64,000 bases of DNA, from positions 2,667 to 66,666 of the forward strand of contig CACWOQ010000002.1 in the NCBI GenBank assembly GCA_902762505.1, written 5' to 3'. A program made the position numbers and the translations under genes. The notes below the pieces were generated by a model that saw nothing but the letters and a program-made list of their open reading frames with translations, had not been told where the DNA came from and did not search any database. The number at the start of each line of letters is the position of its first letter. The first letter of the stretch is position 1. Source of the stretch: an uncultured Ruminococcus sp. (GTDB lineage: Bacteria; Bacillota; Clostridia; Oscillospirales; CAG-272). This document shows, piece after piece, positions 9,919-18,998 of this stretch.

Positions 9919-10110
9919 TTATCTGGTCTTTATAGAGTTTTCGTAGCTTTCGATCATCTTTTTGACCATCTGACCGCCGATGGAACCGGCCTGCTTGGAG
10001 GTGAGGTCACCGTTGTAGCCGTTTTTCAGGTTGATGCCTAACTCACCGGCGGATTCCATTTTGAAACGGTCGAGCGCATCCTTTGCGCCGGGTACTACGT
10101 GCTTTGCCAT
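9919..10110 (-). CDS. Alpha/beta-type small acid-soluble spore protein
   Basis: The 63-aa product starts at the ATG at 10110: MAKHVVPGAKDALDRFKMESAGELGINL...GSIGGQMVKKMIE, which matches the conserved SASP blocks. A CATAATA element upstream resembles a forespore (sigma-G-type) -10. Confidence 0.85.
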   Translation of the reverse strand: MAKHVVPGAKDALDRFKMESAGELGINLKNGYNGDLTSKQAGSIGGQMVKKMIESYENSIKTR

Positions 10111-10298
10111 AATAATACAGATTCCTTTCGATTTCAATTGTGAGGCGGATCGTGCGATCCGTCCCGTAAGGAAGCCGTTTTTCGGCTCCGAACATATTAT
10201 GTGCATCATATCCGGGTTTATTACAATGTAAATTTTGGAAAATCACTTGATTTTGCAGTCTGCTTTTGGTATAATGCTTTAAAAAGGAGGTAACTGAA

Positions 10299-11540
10299 AT
10301 GAACAAGAGAATACCGTCCGACAGACTGTTGCTCGGAGCATACATACTTCAGCCGTATGCGCAGACCGAAAAACACATAAAAGAACTGAGCGAATGCGGG
10401 ATCGAAATGATCGTCTGCTTTGCGCCGAAGGACAGATCGGTGCTCGATCTGCTTGAAAAATACCACGTCGGCTGCATAATCACGGGGATCCTGCCCGGCT
10501 GGTGGGGCGGAGACGGAACGAAAGCCGGAACGCTGCATGAAAGAAGCCCGATCGAAATCTATGAGAAAAAAGCCGCCGAATTCGTCGACCATCCCGCCGT
10601 GTGGGGAGTTGACATAGGCGACGAGCCGTCCGCGCTTGATTTCGATCATTACGGAAAGATAGCGAGAACGGTTGATCTGTGCTATGAAAATCAGCTTCCT
10701 TATCTGAATCTTTATCCCAACTACGCCTCTGTCGCCGCCAACACGGAGGATCAGACGATGTGTCAGTTAGGCACCGCGACGTATGCGGAGCACATTCAAA
10801 AGTATATTGAAAAGGTGGATCTGCCTTACATAAGCTACGACTTTTATCCGTACTCGCTGCCGGAATCTATAGGCATCGGCAAAATGCTCGATAATTTCAG
10901 AATCGTTGCCGACGCGTGCAGAAAGACCGGGCGTGATTTCTGGTATATCCCTCAGGTGAACGGACTTCATGAAACGGATTTCACAAGCGAGGATATGCTC
11001 AGATACCAGGCGTATATCGCGCTTTGCTACGGAGCGACAGTCATCAACTGGGCTTGCTATACCGGCGGCTGGTGGTGCAACAACGTGCTTGACAAGGAAG
11101 GCAACAAGACAGAGCAGTACGACAAGCTGAAGCATATAAACGAAGAGCTTCGCAGGTTCGGCGAGATATACATGAAGTATAAAAACACGGCGACGTATAT
11201 CACCGGCTTTGAAAACGATCCGTGGTACGGAAAATACGAAGGCGTGGAATGCGTGCGCGAGATCGATACCGGCGCCGTTCGCGGGCTTAAAGCGAGCGGC
11301 GGCAAGCTTGTTGTCGGTCAGATGGTGCACAGGCAGGATAACGGAAAGGTCGCTTTGCTCGTATGCAACGCCTCGGATCCGTACGGCAGAGAGCCTTCGG
11401 AATCGGTCGTAAGCTTCAGCGCGTTCAGACGCTGCGTGAAGGTATACAGCGGCGAAAAGGTAGTCGAGCTTCACCGCGAGGGCGACGAATACTCTTTCAC
11501 CCTCGGATCCGACAGAGCGGTACTTATCACACTTGAATAA
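10299..11540 (+). CDS. Putative TIM-barrel glycoside-hydrolase-like protein (family unassigned)
   Basis: Strong AAAGGAGG RBS. Motifs such as WGVDIGDEPS and PYLNLYPNY...YISYDFYPYS resemble GH42/GH5-like barrels. There is no signal peptide. Confidence 0.4.
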   Translation: MNKRIPSDRLLLGAYILQPYAQTEKHIKELSECGIEMIVCFAPKDRSVLDLLEKYHVGCIITGILPGWWGGDGTKAGTLHERSPIEIYEKKAAEFVDHPAVWGVDIGDEPSALDFDHYGKIARTVDLCYENQLPYLNLYPNYASVAANTEDQTMCQLGTATYAEHIQKYIEKVDLPYISYDFYPYSLPESIGIGKMLDNFRIVADACRKTGRDFWYIPQVNGLHETDFTSEDMLRYQAYIALCYGATVINWACYTGGWWCNNVLDKEGNKTEQYDKLKHINEELRRFGEIYMKYKNTATYITGFENDPWYGKYEGVECVREIDTGAVRGLKASGGKLVVGQMVHRQDNGKVALLVCNASDPYGREPSESVVSFSAFRRCVKVYSGEKVVELHREGDEYSFTLGSDRAVLITLE

Positions 11541-11545
11541 AGAAT

Positions 11546-11579
11546 CCGGAAGGATGAGCTCATCCTTCCGGTATTTTTA
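11546..11579. terminator. Bidirectional intrinsic terminator
   Basis: CCGGAAGGATGAGCTCATCCTTCCGG is a perfect palindrome followed by TATTTTTAT. It lies between convergent genes. Confidence 0.8.
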
Positions 11580-14240
11580 TTTGTTTTTTGCTTTGTGTAC
11601 GGCTCTCTGTATGAGTTTTACCGTCTCGACGATCGGTATCACGAGGATCGCAAGTCCCATTGCTATCACGTATTCGAGCAGGCTTATGGAGGTGAAGCCG
11701 AACGCGCTGTTGAGTCCGGGTATATAAATGACCGCCGTTGTGAGTACAAGGGAAAGAACCATTGCGCCCAGAAGATAATAGTTATGTTTTTTCATTGTGA
11801 AAATTGACTTTCTTACCGTGCGCATATTGAATGAATGGAATATTTCCGCCATCGACATCGTAAGGAACGCCATCGTCATTCCGTCGGGCGAGTCGACAAA
11901 CTCAAAGGCTCCGCCTTCAAGCATATGACCGATCAGATACGCCGCAAACGTAAGGACCGTAACCATCATGCCCTGATAGAGGCAGTCAAAACCGACTCCG
12001 CCGGAGAAAATACCGGATCTCGGATCTCTCGGGGGTCTGTCCATAATATCGCGTTCAGGCATCTCCATTCCGAGCGCAAGTGCGGGGAAGCAGTCGGTTA
12101 TAAGGTTTATCCAGAGCAGATGCACCGGCTTGAGAAGCGTAAAGCCGATCATCGTCGCCGTGAAAACGGAAACGACTTCGCTCAGGTTGGAGGAAAGCAG
12201 GAACTGTATCGCTTTTCTTATATTGTCGTAGATACGTCTGCCTTCTTCAACCGCGGTCACTATCGTGGCGAAGTTGTCGTCCGCCAGGACCATATCGGCA
12301 ACGTTTTTCGTAACGTCGGTACCGGTTATACCCATGCCCACGCCTATGTCGGCGGCTTTGATGGACGGAGCGTCGTTTACGCCGTCGCCCGTCATGGCGG
12401 TGACTCTGCCGAGCGAACGCCACGCGTTGACTATCCTTACCTTATGCTCCGGCTGTACTCTTGCGTATACGGAGTATTTAACAACGTCACGGCTGAACTG
12501 ATCGTCGGAGATCTTGTCAAGCTGCGCGCCCGTGAGAGCCTGCGACGCGTCGGTTATGATGGTCAGCTCCTTTGCGATCGCGACGGCGGTGTTTATGTGG
12601 TCGCCCGTGATCATGATCGGACGGATCCCGGCGCGTCTGCATTCCTCAATGGAGGCTTTGACCTCGGGTCTGACGGGGTCGATCATTCCGTACAGACCGA
12701 TGAAGATAAGATCGTTTTCGATAACGGAGGCTTCCGTATCAGCCGGCATCCGGTCGTATGTTTTATATGCGGCGGAAAGAACGCGCAGGGCGCTGTCGGC
12801 CATGGAGCGGTTCTGCTCGGCGATATCCGCGCGGTCCTGATCGGTAAGCGGGCAAACCGCACCGTTCTTGATGATCCTCGTGCATTTTTTGAGCACTTCG
12901 TCCGGAGCGCCCTTTGTGTACTGTATGAAGGAACCGTCGTTTTCGTGGATCGTGGACATCATCTTGCGCATCGAATCAAAGGGAGCTTCGCCGACGCGTT
13001 TCTGCAATTTGTCATATTCGGTCTTGTTGATACCGAGCTTGTTCGCGTAATTTACGAGAGCGTTTTCGGTAGGCTCGCCTTCAGCTTCGCCGGATTCACC
13101 GATCTGAGCGTCGGAGCAGAGAGCCATTGCCGTGGCAAGCAGCTTGCTCGATGACGTGTATTCGCGTACCACGGTCATCTTGTTCTGCGTGAGCGTGCCG
13201 GTCTTGTCGGAGCAGATGATCTGAGTGCAGCCGAGCGTTTCGACCGCCGTAAGCTTTCTTATGACCGCGTTGCGCTTTGACATTTTCGTGACGCCGATCG
13301 AAAGAACTATGGTGACGACGGTCGCAAGTCCTTCCGGAATAGCCGCGACGGCAAGTGAAACGGCTACCATCAGCATGTTTATAACGGGCTTGAACTGACC
13401 GTCTCTGATCTCGCTTATAAAGTTGCCGTCTTTGAAGACCTGAACCGCGAAGACAATGATGCAGATACCGATAACAAGGTAGGTAAGTATCTTTGAAAGC
13501 TCGCCGAGCTTGATCTGAAGCGGCGTTTTGCCGTCGTCCGCCTTTGTAAGGGCGTCTGCGATCTTACCCATTTCGGTATCCATTCCGGCGGCTGTTATAA
13601 CGGCTTTTCCGTGACCGTAGACGATGGTGGAACCCATGTAGACCATATTCGTACGGTCGCCCAGGGGAACGTTTCCGTCTTCCTTGGCTTTAAGCGTCAT
13701 TACGGTCTTGTTCACGGGAACGGATTCTCCGGTCAGAGCAGATTCCTCAGCCTTCATGGAAGCGCATTCGATGATCCTGGCGTCAGCCGGAACTGAGTCT
13801 CCAGCTTCAAGGACTATCACGTCGCCTACGACGAGATCTTCGCTTTTGATAACTCTCAGAACTCCGTCTCTTATGACCTTTGAAGTCGCGGCGGTCATTT
13901 GCTGTAAAGCTTCGATCGCTTTTTCGGCTTTGCTTTCCTGATAAACTCCGAGCACGGCGTTCAGGATAACGACGACGCCGATGATAATGACGTCCGCGAA
14001 GGATTCCTTCTGTGTGACAGCTATGACGGCTGAGATCACCGCGGCGACGATAAGTATGATTATCATCGGGTCGGCAAGCTGGCGGAAGAACATGTGTACA
14101 AGGGATTCCTTTTTCGCTTCGGCAAGCTTGTTTTTGCCGTTTTTGGCAAGCCTTGCCCCGGCTTCGCTCGTTGAAAGCCCGGCTCTTCCGGTCCCGAGAT
14201 CGGCTAACGTATCGTCGATTTCGTGTAGATAATATTTCAT
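11577..14240 (-). CDS. P2-type (SERCA/PMCA-like) cation-transporting P-type ATPase
   Basis: The 887-aa product has the phosphorylation motif DKTGTLT, the hinge TGDGVNDAP, TGES, and a TM4 PEGL motif (AIPEGLATV). Confidence 0.9.
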   Translation of the reverse strand: MKYYLHEIDDTLADLGTGRAGLSTSEAGARLAKNGKNKLAEAKKESLVHMFFRQLADPMIIILIVAAVISAVIAVTQKESFADVIIIGVVVILNAVLGVYQESKAEKAIEALQQMTAATSKVIRDGVLRVIKSEDLVVGDVIVLEAGDSVPADARIIECASMKAEESALTGESVPVNKTVMTLKAKEDGNVPLGDRTNMVYMGSTIVYGHGKAVITAAGMDTEMGKIADALTKADDGKTPLQIKLGELSKILTYLVIGICIIVFAVQVFKDGNFISEIRDGQFKPVINMLMVAVSLAVAAIPEGLATVVTIVLSIGVTKMSKRNAVIRKLTAVETLGCTQIICSDKTGTLTQNKMTVVREYTSSSKLLATAMALCSDAQIGESGEAEGEPTENALVNYANKLGINKTEYDKLQKRVGEAPFDSMRKMMSTIHENDGSFIQYTKGAPDEVLKKCTRIIKNGAVCPLTDQDRADIAEQNRSMADSALRVLSAAYKTYDRMPADTEASVIENDLIFIGLYGMIDPVRPEVKASIEECRRAGIRPIMITGDHINTAVAIAKELTIITDASQALTGAQLDKISDDQFSRDVVKYSVYARVQPEHKVRIVNAWRSLGRVTAMTGDGVNDAPSIKAADIGVGMGITGTDVTKNVADMVLADDNFATIVTAVEEGRRIYDNIRKAIQFLLSSNLSEVVSVFTATMIGFTLLKPVHLLWINLITDCFPALALGMEMPERDIMDRPPRDPRSGIFSGGVGFDCLYQGMMVTVLTFAAYLIGHMLEGGAFEFVDSPDGMTMAFLTMSMAEIFHSFNMRTVRKSIFTMKKHNYYLLGAMVLSLVLTTAVIYIPGLNSAFGFTSISLLEYVIAMGLAILVIPIVETVKLIQRAVHKAKNK

Positions 14241-14271
14241 TGTATATCCTTTCCTTCGGCGCGCGCATTCT

Positions 14272-14313
14272 CAAAAATATAGAGACTCATACATTGGATA
14301 ATGTATGAGTCTC
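14272..14313 (-). terminator. Leader terminator (riboswitch expression platform)
   Basis: The minus strand reads GAGACUCAUACAU-(6 nt)-AUGUAUGAGUCUC, a perfect 13-bp stem followed by UAUAUUUUUG. It lies 32 nt upstream of the ATPase ATG, and its 5' arm overlaps the 3' strand of the aptamer. Confidence 0.75.
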
Positions 14314-14406
14314 ATTTATACTTTATTCGTACCGACAGGACCAGACGGAAAACCGTCGGCTGTTGACCCTGCCGAAGCGCCTGAGCGCCAAATTACTCCC
14401 TCACTG
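14306..14406 (-). promoter_or_regulatory. yybP-ykoY (Mn2+) riboswitch-like aptamer
   Basis: The minus-strand leader reads UGAG-GGAGUA...GGUCAAC-(ACAGCCGACGG UUUU CCGUCUGGUCCUGU hairpin)-GGUACGAAUAAAGUAU-AAAUGAGACUCA. This reproduces the conserved GGAGUA and GAGAC loops, the GUCAA junction and the ACGAAAGUAU-type hairpin that I recall from the L. lactis/B. subtilis yybP-ykoY RNAs. The closing helix is UGAG/CUCA. Confidence 0.65.
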
Positions 14407-14423
14407 AATATTCGATTATGAGT

Positions 14424-14452
14424 ATTTTATCACTAACGGGATCAAATGTCAA
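14424..14452 (-). promoter_or_regulatory. Sigma-A-type promoter driving the riboswitch leader
   Basis: On the minus strand: TTGACA (14452-14447), a 17-nt spacer, then TAAAAT (14429-14424). Confidence 0.65.
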
Positions 14453-14490
14453 TCGTTTTTTTGCGATTTAAAGAATTATTAACATGACGT

Positions 14491-15864
14491 TTATTTAGCA
14501 AGTATCTTATCCGCAACGTACAGACCGTTCGCGGCTGCCTGCGACAGAGAACGGGTGAAGCCCGCGCCGTCGCCTATCGCGTAGATGCCCTCGGTCCCGT
14601 CAATCTCAAAATCGCTGCAGAGCGGACGCGCCGAGTAGTACTTGCATTCGATACCGTACAGCAGAGTATCGTAGTTCGCCGTCCCTGGGGCGATCTGATC
14701 GAGCGCGTCTATCGTTTCGATGATATTGTCAAGCTGACGCTTAGGCATACAGAGAGAAAGATCTCCGGGGACGGCTTTCAGCGTCGGGCGCGTCGTCGAC
14801 GCGGCTATACGCTTGTCGTCCGAACGTCTGCCGCGGCGCAGGTCTCCGAGACGCTGAACAAGCACCGAGCCTCCGGACATAAGATTCGACAGACTCGCCA
14901 CGTGACGCGCGTATTCTATCGGGTTGTTGAACGGATGTGTGAATTTCATCGTGGCGAGAAGAGCGAAGTTCGTGTTTTTCGTCTTTTTCGCCTCATCGCG
15001 GTACGAGTGACCGTTGACGGTGAGAACGCCGTCCGTATTTTCCATAACGACGGATCCGCGGTCGTTGAAGCAGAACATACGCGTTTTGTCTCCGTACACC
15101 TTTGATCTGTACCAGATCTTGGGCTCGTAGATCTTTTCGGCAAAATCACGCCATATGATCGACGGCAGCTCAACGCGTACGCCTATATCGACCTGATTGT
15201 TTTCGAGCGGGATCCCGTTCTTCTTGCACCATTCGGAGAAGAAGCTCGAGCCTGCGCGTCCGACGGCGACGATTATCCTGTCACCGCGAACCTTGTATTC
15301 GTTTCCGGCGTGGCTGTACGTGACGGTGTGCATCTTCTTGTCGATATCGGATACCGTGGAATTGGTAAGTATCGTTATACGTTCCGAAAGAAAGTCGATG
15401 AGCTTGACCATCGTGTCGTAGTTGGAATCGGTCCCGAGGTGCTTGACCTGCGCCTGCGCCATATGTAGGTCGTATTTGAGGCACAGCTGTTTAAGCTCGT
15501 CGCTCGGCATGAAGCGTTCGGTCGTCGCACCGAAGGAGACGAGTATACTGTCGGCTTTTTCGATATAGTCGATGACCGTCTGTTCGGACATGAATTCCGT
15601 CAGCCAGCCGCCGTATTCAGTCGACACCACGTATTTACCGTCGGAGAAGGCGCCGGCTCCCGCCATGCCTTCCATTATTGCGCAGTTCTTGCAGCGCAGA
15701 CATACGTCGGACGCTTTGGTAAGCATCGGACAGACGCGGTGTCTTATCGCGTTGCCGCGTTCGAGCATACATATTTTCAGCGAAGGGTCGTTTGTTATAA
15801 GCGAATACGCCGACATAAGACCGCCTATTCCTCCGCCTACGATCACAATATCATATCTTTCCAT
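14491..15864 (-). CDS. FAD-dependent oxidoreductase (COG2509-like)
   Basis: The N-terminus has the dinucleotide-binding motif YDIVIVGGGIGG and the C-terminus has IYAIGDGAGFTR. A GGAG RBS is present. Confidence 0.75.
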   Translation of the reverse strand: MERYDIVIVGGGIGGLMSAYSLITNDPSLKICMLERGNAIRHRVCPMLTKASDVCLRCKNCAIMEGMAGAGAFSDGKYVVSTEYGGWLTEFMSEQTVIDYIEKADSILVSFGATTERFMPSDELKQLCLKYDLHMAQAQVKHLGTDSNYDTMVKLIDFLSERITILTNSTVSDIDKKMHTVTYSHAGNEYKVRGDRIIVAVGRAGSSFFSEWCKKNGIPLENNQVDIGVRVELPSIIWRDFAEKIYEPKIWYRSKVYGDKTRMFCFNDRGSVVMENTDGVLTVNGHSYRDEAKKTKNTNFALLATMKFTHPFNNPIEYARHVASLSNLMSGGSVLVQRLGDLRRGRRSDDKRIAASTTRPTLKAVPGDLSLCMPKRQLDNIIETIDALDQIAPGTANYDTLLYGIECKYYSARPLCSDFEIDGTEGIYAIGDGAGFTRSLSQAAANGLYVADKILAK

Positions 15865-15876
15865 TACAATCTCCGT

Positions 15877-16530
15877 TTAAAGTTTATTTTTTCTTATTTT
15901 CTCACGCGTCATACCGGCGTTTTTTATCGCGCGGCTGACGTAAAACTGATCGATTTTCCCGAGGACCTGCTGTCTGCCGAGATCGTGCAGCAGCTTTTCA
16001 AGCTCGGACATATAGATTATATCGTCGTCGCCGGAAAGCGGTATCGCCTCGTCGGACGTGAATATCACCGAAGAATAGATCGGGACCTTGCCGTATCCTG
16101 CGCGTTTAAGCACGGCGTGCACCGCCTGTTTGCTTTTTTCAGCCGTGACAAGCGGGCTTTCGATCTCCGAACGGTCGTCGTCCTTGATGATGACCCATAC
16201 CTCGCCGTCGTCGTTATCTATCCTGCCGCTTTTGTCAAACACGGTGAGTATCAGAACGCCGCCGTTGGTAACGACTATCTCGTCGGCGCGCTGATAGTGA
16301 TGCGTCTTTACCGTCCCCTCGTTCATGACGGGGAAGTAGAGATAAGAGAATACGTTTTTGCGGTATGCGTTGTCAAGCAGAAACGATTTCAGCTCTTCGC
16401 GCGCCGAAAGCCTGCCGCTGTTTCTTGCACGGTTTCTCTGACGGTGATAAAACGAGGAAATCAGAGCCATTATGAGTATCACGGCGGCTCCACCGCCGAG
16501 AATTATCAGGACGACACGCAGAAATTCCAT
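15877..16530 (-). CDS. Membrane-anchored NERD-domain-like protein
   Basis: A GGAGGGAGG RBS lies before the ATG at 16530. There is an N-terminal TM helix, followed by an ADEIVVTNGGVLILTVFDKSG...W...SPL...HAVLK...VIFTS pattern resembling the nuclease-related NERD domain. Confidence 0.5.
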   Translation of the reverse strand: MEFLRVVLIILGGGAAVILIMALISSFYHRQRNRARNSGRLSAREELKSFLLDNAYRKNVFSYLYFPVMNEGTVKTHHYQRADEIVVTNGGVLILTVFDKSGRIDNDDGEVWVIIKDDDRSEIESPLVTAEKSKQAVHAVLKRAGYGKVPIYSSVIFTSDEAIPLSGDDDIIYMSELEKLLHDLGRQQVLGKIDQFYVSRAIKNAGMTREKIRKNKL

Positions 16531-16644
16531 ATTCAGCCTCCCTCCGCAACTCAATTACCGTATTATTATATCATCAATTGCGTGATTTGGCAAGCCCTTT
16601 TTTCATTTTTTTGACTATGCTGCGGCAAAATTATTTGAAAGCTC

Positions 16645-16673
16645 TTGACAAACCGGAATTTTTGTGGTATTAT
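16645..16673 (+). promoter_or_regulatory. Promoter of tRNA-Gly
   Basis: TTGACA (16645-16650), a 17-nt spacer, then TATTAT (16668-16673) with an upstream TG. Confidence 0.6.
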
Positions 16674-16696
16674 ATCTAACGCTGACCGGAATACAC

Positions 16697-16770
16697 GCGG
16701 GTGTAGTTCAGTGGTAGAATACCAGCCTTCCAAGCTGGCTATGTGGGTTCGATTCCCATCACCCGCTCCA
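16697..16770 (+). tRNA. tRNA-Gly (anticodon UCC)
   Basis: It folds as a cloverleaf by hand: acceptor GCGGGTG/CACCCGC, anticodon stem CCAGC/GCTGG with loop CTTCCAA, T-loop TTCGATT, and an encoded CCA. Confidence 0.95.
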
Positions 16771-16774
16771 TAAC

Positions 16775-16800
16775 AAGCCTCGCGCAAGCGAGGCTTTTTC
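16775..16800 (+). terminator. Intrinsic terminator after tRNA-Gly
   Basis: AAGCCTCGC-GCAA-GCGAGGCTT followed by TTTT. Confidence 0.8.
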
Positions 16801-16873
16801 GTTGAAGCAAGGCGCTTCAAAAGTAAAACTCCGTCTTAAAGATAAATAAATCCTTTTAAATGACGAAAAACAC

Positions 16874-16902
16874 TTGTCAAAACGGAAAATATATGATATA
16901 CT
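16874..16902 (+). promoter_or_regulatory. Promoter of the nucleotide-phosphoesterase operon
   Basis: TTGTCA (16874-16879), a 17-nt spacer, then TATACT (16897-16902) with an extended -10 TG at 16894-16895. Confidence 0.6.
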
Positions 16903-16930
16903 TTAAAAAAACGGGATCGGATGATCACAG

Positions 16931-18058
16931 ATGAGAAAATACAGACTTCGCATCGGGCTTGACGTGGATGATATACTTTACGAATGCAATTCGTACGCGC
17001 TCCGTCTGCTGAAAGAAAAGTACGGAAACGCCCCGTCGCTCGATATAAATAATATAACCGGATGGGGACTTCAGGGCAATATTGCCGATGAGAGGATAAA
17101 ATATTTCTCCGATCCGGATTTTGTCGCGTCTCAGCCGCTTTATCCCGGCGCCGCCAGGTTTGTTTCTCAGCTTTGTAAGATCGCCGACGTTTTTTTCGTG
17201 ACCGCGGTCCCGCCCGCCTGCATGACTGCGAGAGCGGAGAGGCTTGCGGCTGATTTTCCGGACGTTCCGCCGGGAAACATACTTATCGGTACGCGCAAGG
17301 ACATAGTGAATCTCGATATTTTGCTTGACGACGGGATACATAATATTTCATCGTCTCAGGCTTCTTATCCCGTGCTTATGCGCCGTCCGTGGAACAACGA
17401 TCTTTCCGGACTTCTTTCCGTGAACACCTATGAGGATTTCATCCACCTCGCCAAAATGGTCGGAAATTCTTTTGTCGGAAAAGTTCCGGATCTTCACAAG
17501 GGCGGAGTGCTTTGCCTCGTCGGCCCGTCCGGTACCGGCAAAACCGAGATCGCCGCGGCTCTGACCGAGGATAAAAGATTTGAAAAACCCGTCACGACGA
17601 CCACCCGTCCGCGAGCCGCGGGCGAAACGAAGAGCGCGTACAGGTTCGTCAGCACCGAGCAGTTCATTAAGCAAAAGGAAAACGGCGAATTCATCGAGAC
17701 TACCGTTTACGGCAAATACTATTTCGGCACGTCCGAAAAACATATCGCGCCGATAGTTGACAGCGGCAGGATCGCCGTGATACCGATTGATATCTGCGGC
17801 GCAGTCACGCTCAAGAACCTTTACGGAGCGAAAGCCGTGCTTGTATTCACCGAGCGGAACAAACGCGACATTTATATGAATATTATAAAACGTCAGATCT
17901 CAGATGAGGACAAGATCAGCCGTATGATGTCGATCGATTTTGAGCTGCGCAATATAGAGCTGTGTGATTTTTCGGTCAATTTTGACTCCGGAACCGAAAA
18001 ATGCGTCGAAAAAATTTATTCCGAATTACATATGAAGAGAGAAAAACGTAATGTTTGA
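16931..18058 (+). CDS. Fusion protein: 5'(3')-deoxyribonucleotidase-like HAD domain + guanylate kinase domain
   Basis: The N-terminal ~180 aa carry RIGLDVDDILYEC (a DxD nucleophile motif of NT5C/YorS-type nucleotidases). The C-terminal ~185 aa carry LVGPSGTGKTE (P-loop), TTTTRPRAAGETKSAYRFVS and EFIETTVYGKYYFGTS, which are the guanylate kinase blocks. Confidence 0.75.
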   Translation: MRKYRLRIGLDVDDILYECNSYALRLLKEKYGNAPSLDINNITGWGLQGNIADERIKYFSDPDFVASQPLYPGAARFVSQLCKIADVFFVTAVPPACMTARAERLAADFPDVPPGNILIGTRKDIVNLDILLDDGIHNISSSQASYPVLMRRPWNNDLSGLLSVNTYEDFIHLAKMVGNSFVGKVPDLHKGGVLCLVGPSGTGKTEIAAALTEDKRFEKPVTTTTRPRAAGETKSAYRFVSTEQFIKQKENGEFIETTVYGKYYFGTSEKHIAPIVDSGRIAVIPIDICGAVTLKNLYGAKAVLVFTERNKRDIYMNIIKRQISDEDKISRMMSIDFELRNIELCDFSVNFDSGTEKCVEKIYSELHMKREKRNV

Positions 18059-18998
18059 AGCTGTAACTGAAGCGATAAGGGAATATGAAACCGTTATCCT
18101 TCATCGCCACTGGTCTCCCGACGGTGACGCGCTCGGCAGTCAGATCGGTTTATACGAGTTCATAAAAGATAATTTCCCTGACAAGAAGGTATATAAAGTC
18201 GGCGACGGCGCGGGCAGATATTCGTTCATGTACGGATCCGTGATGGATGAAATACCGGACGAATACTATAACGGAGCTCTCGCCGTGATCCTCGACAGCG
18301 CGACAGAGGAGCTTGTATCAGACAAGCGTTTCAAGCTCGCCGCCAAGACCGTCAGGATCGACCATCATATCTACTGCGAGACCTTTACCGATATCGAGAT
18401 CGTCGACACGACGTATGAAAGCTGCTGCGGCATGATCGCTCACTTGTGCCGCGAGTCGGGACTTCACCTGTCCAAAACCGCGGCTGAGGCGATATTCACC
18501 GGTATGGTTACTGATTCAGGCAGGTTCAGATACGACAGCACGTCAGCAAGGACGTTTGAGCTTGCCGCGTATCTGATGGAGCACGGCGTAGACTGCAGCT
18601 CCATATATCTGCAGCTGTACAGCTCGGAGCTGTCGTCTGTGCTGCTTCGCGCGTCGTTTTTGTCTAAGATAAAAGTATTTGAAAACAGCTCCGTCGCATA
18701 TATTTACAATACGAAAGAGGAGCTTGAGGCTCTCGGCATATCGGATATTTTCTCCGTATCGCGCGGAATGGTCAACGTGATGGCGGATATAAAGGGAATA
18801 GATATCTGGGTGAATTTCACGGAGGACGGAGAAAAAGTCGTCTGCGAGCTTCGTTCGAGCAAATACAATATCAATCCCGTCGCTACGGCGCACGGAGGCG
18901 GCGGCCATCAGAAAGCCTCCGGCTGTGACGTTGCAGACCGCGAGGAGGCGATGGTCATGCTGAGAGAATTAAAAGCGATATCGGAGCAGAGCGAATGA
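18051..18998 (+). CDS. DHH/DHHA1 phosphoesterase, NrnA-like (copy 1)
   Basis: Motifs HRHWSPDGDALGS, RIDHH and GGGGHQKASG are present. It overlaps the upstream gene by 8 nt. Confidence 0.8.
   Translation: MFEAVTEAIREYETVILHRHWSPDGDALGSQIGLYEFIKDNFPDKKVYKVGDGAGRYSFMYGSVMDEIPDEYYNGALAVILDSATEELVSDKRFKLAAKTVRIDHHIYCETFTDIEIVDTTYESCCGMIAHLCRESGLHLSKTAAEAIFTGMVTDSGRFRYDSTSARTFELAAYLMEHGVDCSSIYLQLYSSELSSVLLRASFLSKIKVFENSSVAYIYNTKEELEALGISDIFSVSRGMVNVMADIKGIDIWVNFTEDGEKVVCELRSSKYNINPVATAHGGGGHQKASGCDVADREEAMVMLRELKAISEQSE

Noticed and set aside
14241-14460. M-box (Mg2+) riboswitch or a simple long 5' UTR for the P-type ATPase
   Set aside because: The leader is too short for the three-helix M-box I recall. 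Instead it carries the paired GGAGUA / GAGAC loops and the ACGAA-AAGUAU hairpin characteristic of yybP-ykoY. Still, only a covariance-model scan can settle this.
16566-16820. 84-aa ORF on the minus strand
   Set aside because: It overlaps the tRNA-Gly gene and its terminator, and its translation is simply the reverse complement of the tRNA.
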